NCBI GenBank assembly: GCA_002392835.1
Contig: DGHX01000016.1
Location: 96,923-145,958 of the forward strand
From: Prevotella sp. UBA3837
Lineage (GTDB): Bacteria > Bacteroidota > Bacteroidia > Bacteroidales > Bacteroidaceae
Direction: 5' to 3'
DNA: 49,036 bases
Position 1 is the stretch's first letter; each line of letters begins with the position of its first letter. A model generated the notes under the pieces. The model was not told where the DNA came from, did no database searches, and saw only the letters and a list, made by a program, of their open reading frames with translations. The position numbers were made by a program, and so were the translations under genes. This document shows, piece by piece, positions 45,890-49,036 of the stretch.

Positions 45890-47563
45890 ATGTACGACAA
45901 AGAACACGGGCTGTACATCGCCCACTGCTCTGACGGAGCACTATGCATAGAAGGAAAGATGGCCAACCGCCACGGACTGATAGCGGGAGCCACGGGTACA
46001 GGAAAGACCGTCACGCTGCAGGTCATGGCCGAATCGTTCTGCCAGGCCGGTGTGCCCTGCTTCATGGCCGACATGAAGGGCGACCTGAGCGGCATATCGC
46101 AGCCGGGCAAGATGAGCGGATTCATAGAGAAGAGATGCAAAGAGTGGGGGGTGGCCCCCCCCTCGGCCCCCGAGGGGGCCACAATAGCATCTTCCCCTGA
46201 CAGCAAAACTACAGAAGCCCCCTCGGGGGCCGTAGGGGGGGCCTTTCCCCCATTCCAGTCCTGCCCCGTGCGTTTCTTCGACGTCTTCGGCGAGCAGGGG
46301 CACCCCATGCGCGCCACCGTCAGCCAGATGGGGCCGCAGCTGCTGAGCCGCCTGCTGGGCCTGAACGAGACGCAGGACGGCGTGCTGAACATCGTATTCC
46401 GCATTGCCGATGAGCGCGGACTGCTCATCCTCGACCTGAAGGACCTGCGCTCCATGCTCGACTACGTGTCGAAGCACGCCAAGGAATACACCACGAAGTA
46501 CGGCAACATATCGGCACAGACCGTGGGAGCCATACAGCGCACACTGCTGCAGCTGGAGGCTCAGGGCGCCAACAACTTCTTCGGCGAACCCTCCTTCGAC
46601 ATCTACGACCTCATGCAGACCGAGCAGGGCAAGGGCATCATGAACGTGCTGGCCGCCGACAAGCTGATGATGCAGCCCAAGCTCTACAGCACCTTCCTGC
46701 TCTGGCTCATGTCAGAACTCTACTCGAAGCTGCCAGAGGTGGGCGACCTCGAGCTGCCCAAGCTCGTCTTCTTCTTCGACGAGGCACACATGCTCTTCAC
46801 CGACACGTCGAAGGCACTGCTCGACAAGATTGAGCAGGTCATACGACTCATACGCTCAAAGGGCGTGGGCATATACTTCATCACGCAGAGCCCCACCGAC
46901 ATCCCCGAGAACATTCTGGGACAGCTGGGCAACCGCGTGCAGCACGCCCTGCGCGCCTACACGCCGAAGGACCAGAAGGCAGTGAAGACGGCTGCCGACA
47001 CCTTCCGCCCCAACCCCGCCTTCAAGACCGACGAGGCCATCATGCAGCTGGAGACCGGCGAGGCTCTCGTCAGCTTCCTCGACCCGAAGGGGGCACCCAG
47101 CATCGTGCAGCGCTCGAAGATACTCTTCCCGCTCAGCCAGATAGGGGCCATCACCGAGGGCCAGCGACTCGACATCATCAAGCAGAGCCGCATCTACGGC
47201 AAGTACGACACCATGGTCGACCGCGAGAGTGCCTACGAGATGCTACTCCGCGAGGCCGAGGAAGAGGCTGCCACGCAAGAGGCCGAGGCCGAGGAGGAGG
47301 CCGCCAAGAAAGCTGAGGCCAAGGAGGAGAAGAAGGCCAAGAGCAAGCCCGGACTGCTGTCGAAGGTATGGAAGGCCATACTCACCGCCATCACCTCGAC
47401 CTTCGCCGCCATACTGGGCACGTGGGTCAGCGACAAGGTGACGGGCAAGAAGACCAAGAGCAAGACCTCAGCCACAGGACGCGTAGTGAAGAACGCCACC
47501 AGCGCCGCCACACGAGCTGCTACGCGCGAGCTGACACGCGACATACTGGGGAACCTGAAGTAA
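45890..47563 (+). CDS. DUF853 / YjgR-like HerA-family ATPase
   Basis: [55 protein letters not shown]. Confidence 0.92.
   Translation: MYDKEHGLYIAHCSDGALCIEGKMANRHGLIAGATGTGKTVTLQVMAESFCQAGVPCFMADMKGDLSGISQPGKMSGFIEKRCKEWGVAPPSAPEGATIASSPDSKTTEAPSGAVGGAFPPFQSCPVRFFDVFGEQGHPMRATVSQMGPQLLSRLLGLNETQDGVLNIVFRIADERGLLILDLKDLRSMLDYVSKHAKEYTTKYGNISAQTVGAIQRTLLQLEAQGANNFFGEPSFDIYDLMQTEQGKGIMNVLAADKLMMQPKLYSTFLLWLMSELYSKLPEVGDLELPKLVFFFDEAHMLFTDTSKALLDKIEQVIRLIRSKGVGIYFITQSPTDIPENILGQLGNRVQHALRAYTPKDQKAVKTAADTFRPNPAFKTDEAIMQLETGEALVSFLDPKGAPSIVQRSKILFPLSQIGAITEGQRLDIIKQSRIYGKYDTMVDRESAYEMLLREAEEEAATQEAEAEEEAAKKAEAKEEKKAKSKPGLLSKVWKAILTAITSTFAAILGTWVSDKVTGKKTKSKTSATGRVVKNATSAATRAATRELTRDILGNLK
46153..46243. 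repeat. GC-rich palindromic element inserted in frame in the DUF853 gene
   Basis: 27-bp arms 46153-46179 and 46217-46243 are 25/27 complementary; partial arm copy at 47567-47584. Confidence 0.85.
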
Positions 47564-47616
47564 AAAGCCCCCCCTTCGGCCCCCAACGACAACCCATTTT
47601 AAAAACCCTGATAACT

Positions 47617-49036
47617 ATGAACGAAATTCTGAACCTGCAGCCAGCATGCATCTGGCGCAACTTCTACAAACTGACACAGGTGCCCCGCCCCAGCGGACAC
47701 TTAGAGAGAATACAGCAGTTCCTGCTCAGCTTCGCCAGCGAGGCCGGCGTCTTCGCCGAGAAGGACCCTGCAGGCAACATACACATGCGCAAGCCCGCCA
47801 CGCCCGGCATGGAGGGCCGCAAGGGCATCATACTGCAGGCACACATGGACATGGTGCCACAGAAGACGCCCGAGTCAACGCACAACTTCGAGACCGACCC
47901 CATAGAGCCGTGGATTGACGGCGAGTGGGTGAAGGCCCGCGGCACCACCCTCGGCGCCGACAACGGACTGGGCGTGGCAGCCATCATGGCCGTCATGGAG
48001 GACAAGAGCCTCAGGCACGGACCCATCGACGCACTCATCACCGCCGACGAAGAGACGGGCATGTACGGCGCCAACGACCTGCCCGAGGGCGAGCTGCAGG
48101 GCGACATCCTGCTCAACCTCGACTCAGAGCACTGGGGTAAGTTCGTCATCGGCTCGGCAGGAGGCATCGACGTCACCGCCACGCTGGAGTATAAGGAGGC
48201 CGACACCGACCCGGACGACGCTGCCGTGGCCATCGCCGTGCAGGGACTGCGCGGCGGACACAGCGGACTGGAGATCAACGAGGGACGCGCCAACGCCAAC
48301 AAGCTGCTGGTGCAGGTGGTGCGCCAGGCCATAGAAGAGCTGGAGGCACGCCTCTGCTCATGGCACGGAGGCAACATGCGCAACGCCATACCCTTCAAGG
48401 CCGTGGCAGTGCTCACCCTGCCAAAGGAGAACGTCGCAGCACTGAAAGAGGCAGTGACCGACTGGAAGGAGACGTTCAACGACGAGTTCAAGCTCATAGA
48501 GCCACAGGGCATAGAGGTGACCGCCGAGGAGGTGGAGGCACCGAAGACACAGGTGCCCGAGGAGATACAGGACAACCTCGTCGACGCCATCTACGCCTGC
48601 CACGACGGCGTCATACGCTTCATACCCGCCTACCCCACCGTGGTGGAGACATCGAGCAACCTCGCCATCATCGACATAGAGCAGGGCAAGGCTGCCATCA
48701 AGATTCTGGCACGCAGCAGCCGCGAGGACATGAAGGACTATGTGGTGACGATGCTCGAGAGCTGCTTCAGCATGGCCGGCATGAAGGTGGAGACCAGCGG
48801 CAGCTACGGCGGATGGGACCCCAACCCCGACAGCGAGGTGCTGCACCTGCTGCTGCGCGAGTACAAGGAGCTCTTCGGTGAGGACGGCATCATACAGGTG
48901 GACCACGCCGGACTGGAGTGCTCAGTCATACTGGGCAAGTACCCGCACCTCGACGTCGTCTCACTCGGCCCCACCATGAAGAGCCCGCACACCACCACCG
49001 AGCGTGCACTCATCAAGACCGTGGAGCCCTTCTGGC
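47617..49036 (+). CDS. pepD: Aminoacyl-histidine dipeptidase (M20), 3' end outside window
   Basis: MNEILNLQP..VPRPSGH, LQAHMDMV, TTLGADNG, DEETGM, LNLDSE, GGHSG, HAGLEC, GPT..PH. Confidence 0.94.
   Translation, partial: MNEILNLQPACIWRNFYKLTQVPRPSGHLERIQQFLLSFASEAGVFAEKDPAGNIHMRKPATPGMEGRKGIILQAHMDMVPQKTPESTHNFETDPIEPWIDGEWVKARGTTLGADNGLGVAAIMAVMEDKSLRHGPIDALITADEETGMYGANDLPEGELQGDILLNLDSEHWGKFVIGSAGGIDVTATLEYKEADTDPDDAAVAIAVQGLRGGHSGLEINEGRANANKLLVQVVRQAIEELEARLCSWHGGNMRNAIPFKAVAVLTLPKENVAALKEAVTDWKETFNDEFKLIEPQGIEVTAEEVEAPKTQVPEEIQDNLVDAIYACHDGVIRFIPAYPTVVETSSNLAIIDIEQGKAAIKILARSSREDMKDYVVTMLESCFSMAGMKVETSGSYGGWDPNPDSEVLHLLLREYKELFGEDGIIQVDHAGLECSVILGKYPHLDVVSLGPTMKSPHTTTERALIKTVEPFW

Noticed and set aside
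44480..45925. 481-aa minus-strand ORF, and similar long antisense ORFs over wzm, epsG, the pyruvyltransferase and pepD
   Set aside because: Shadow frames of well-supported genes, caused by GC-rich codon bias.
1..49036. tRNA, rRNA, integrase or IS transposase genes
   Set aside because: None recognised by eye; a tRNAscan/Rfam/ISfinder run would be needed to exclude them formally.

Overview
Bacteroidales chromosome segment, most likely Prevotella-like (TANNTTTG promoters, UpxY, T9SS-type tail). A ~37.4 kb surface-polysaccharide locus sits between a divergent parA (partial) and surE. It contains upxY, a secreted protein, two OmpA-family proteins, wza, wzc, wzm/wzt, about 19 glycosyltransferase(-like) genes, a pyruvyltransferase, an EpsG/Wzy-like polymerase and an acetyltransferase. 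Downstream lie a small unannotated ORF, a multimodular GH13 alpha-amylase (minus strand), lpxB, a DUF853/HerA-like ATPase and pepD (partial). Beyond the routine annotation the window shows: (i) AAA-ATPase/PD-(D/E)XK cassettes, and promoter-plus-N-terminus stubs of such genes, embedded in the locus, some bracketed by duplicated fragments of neighbouring genes; (ii) three frameshifted genes; (iii) two ~540-720 bp non-coding elements with the same nested-symmetry architecture (terminal inverted repeats, an inward-facing YTG-N5-CWG-N3-KTTA motif, mirrored tandem repeats and a central perfect palindrome with a shared core); (iv) a ~110 bp inverted repeat pair bracketing the whole locus; and (v) repeats or palindromes inserted in frame into surE, lpxB and the DUF853 gene. 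All assignments come from motif recognition by eye; no database searches were run.
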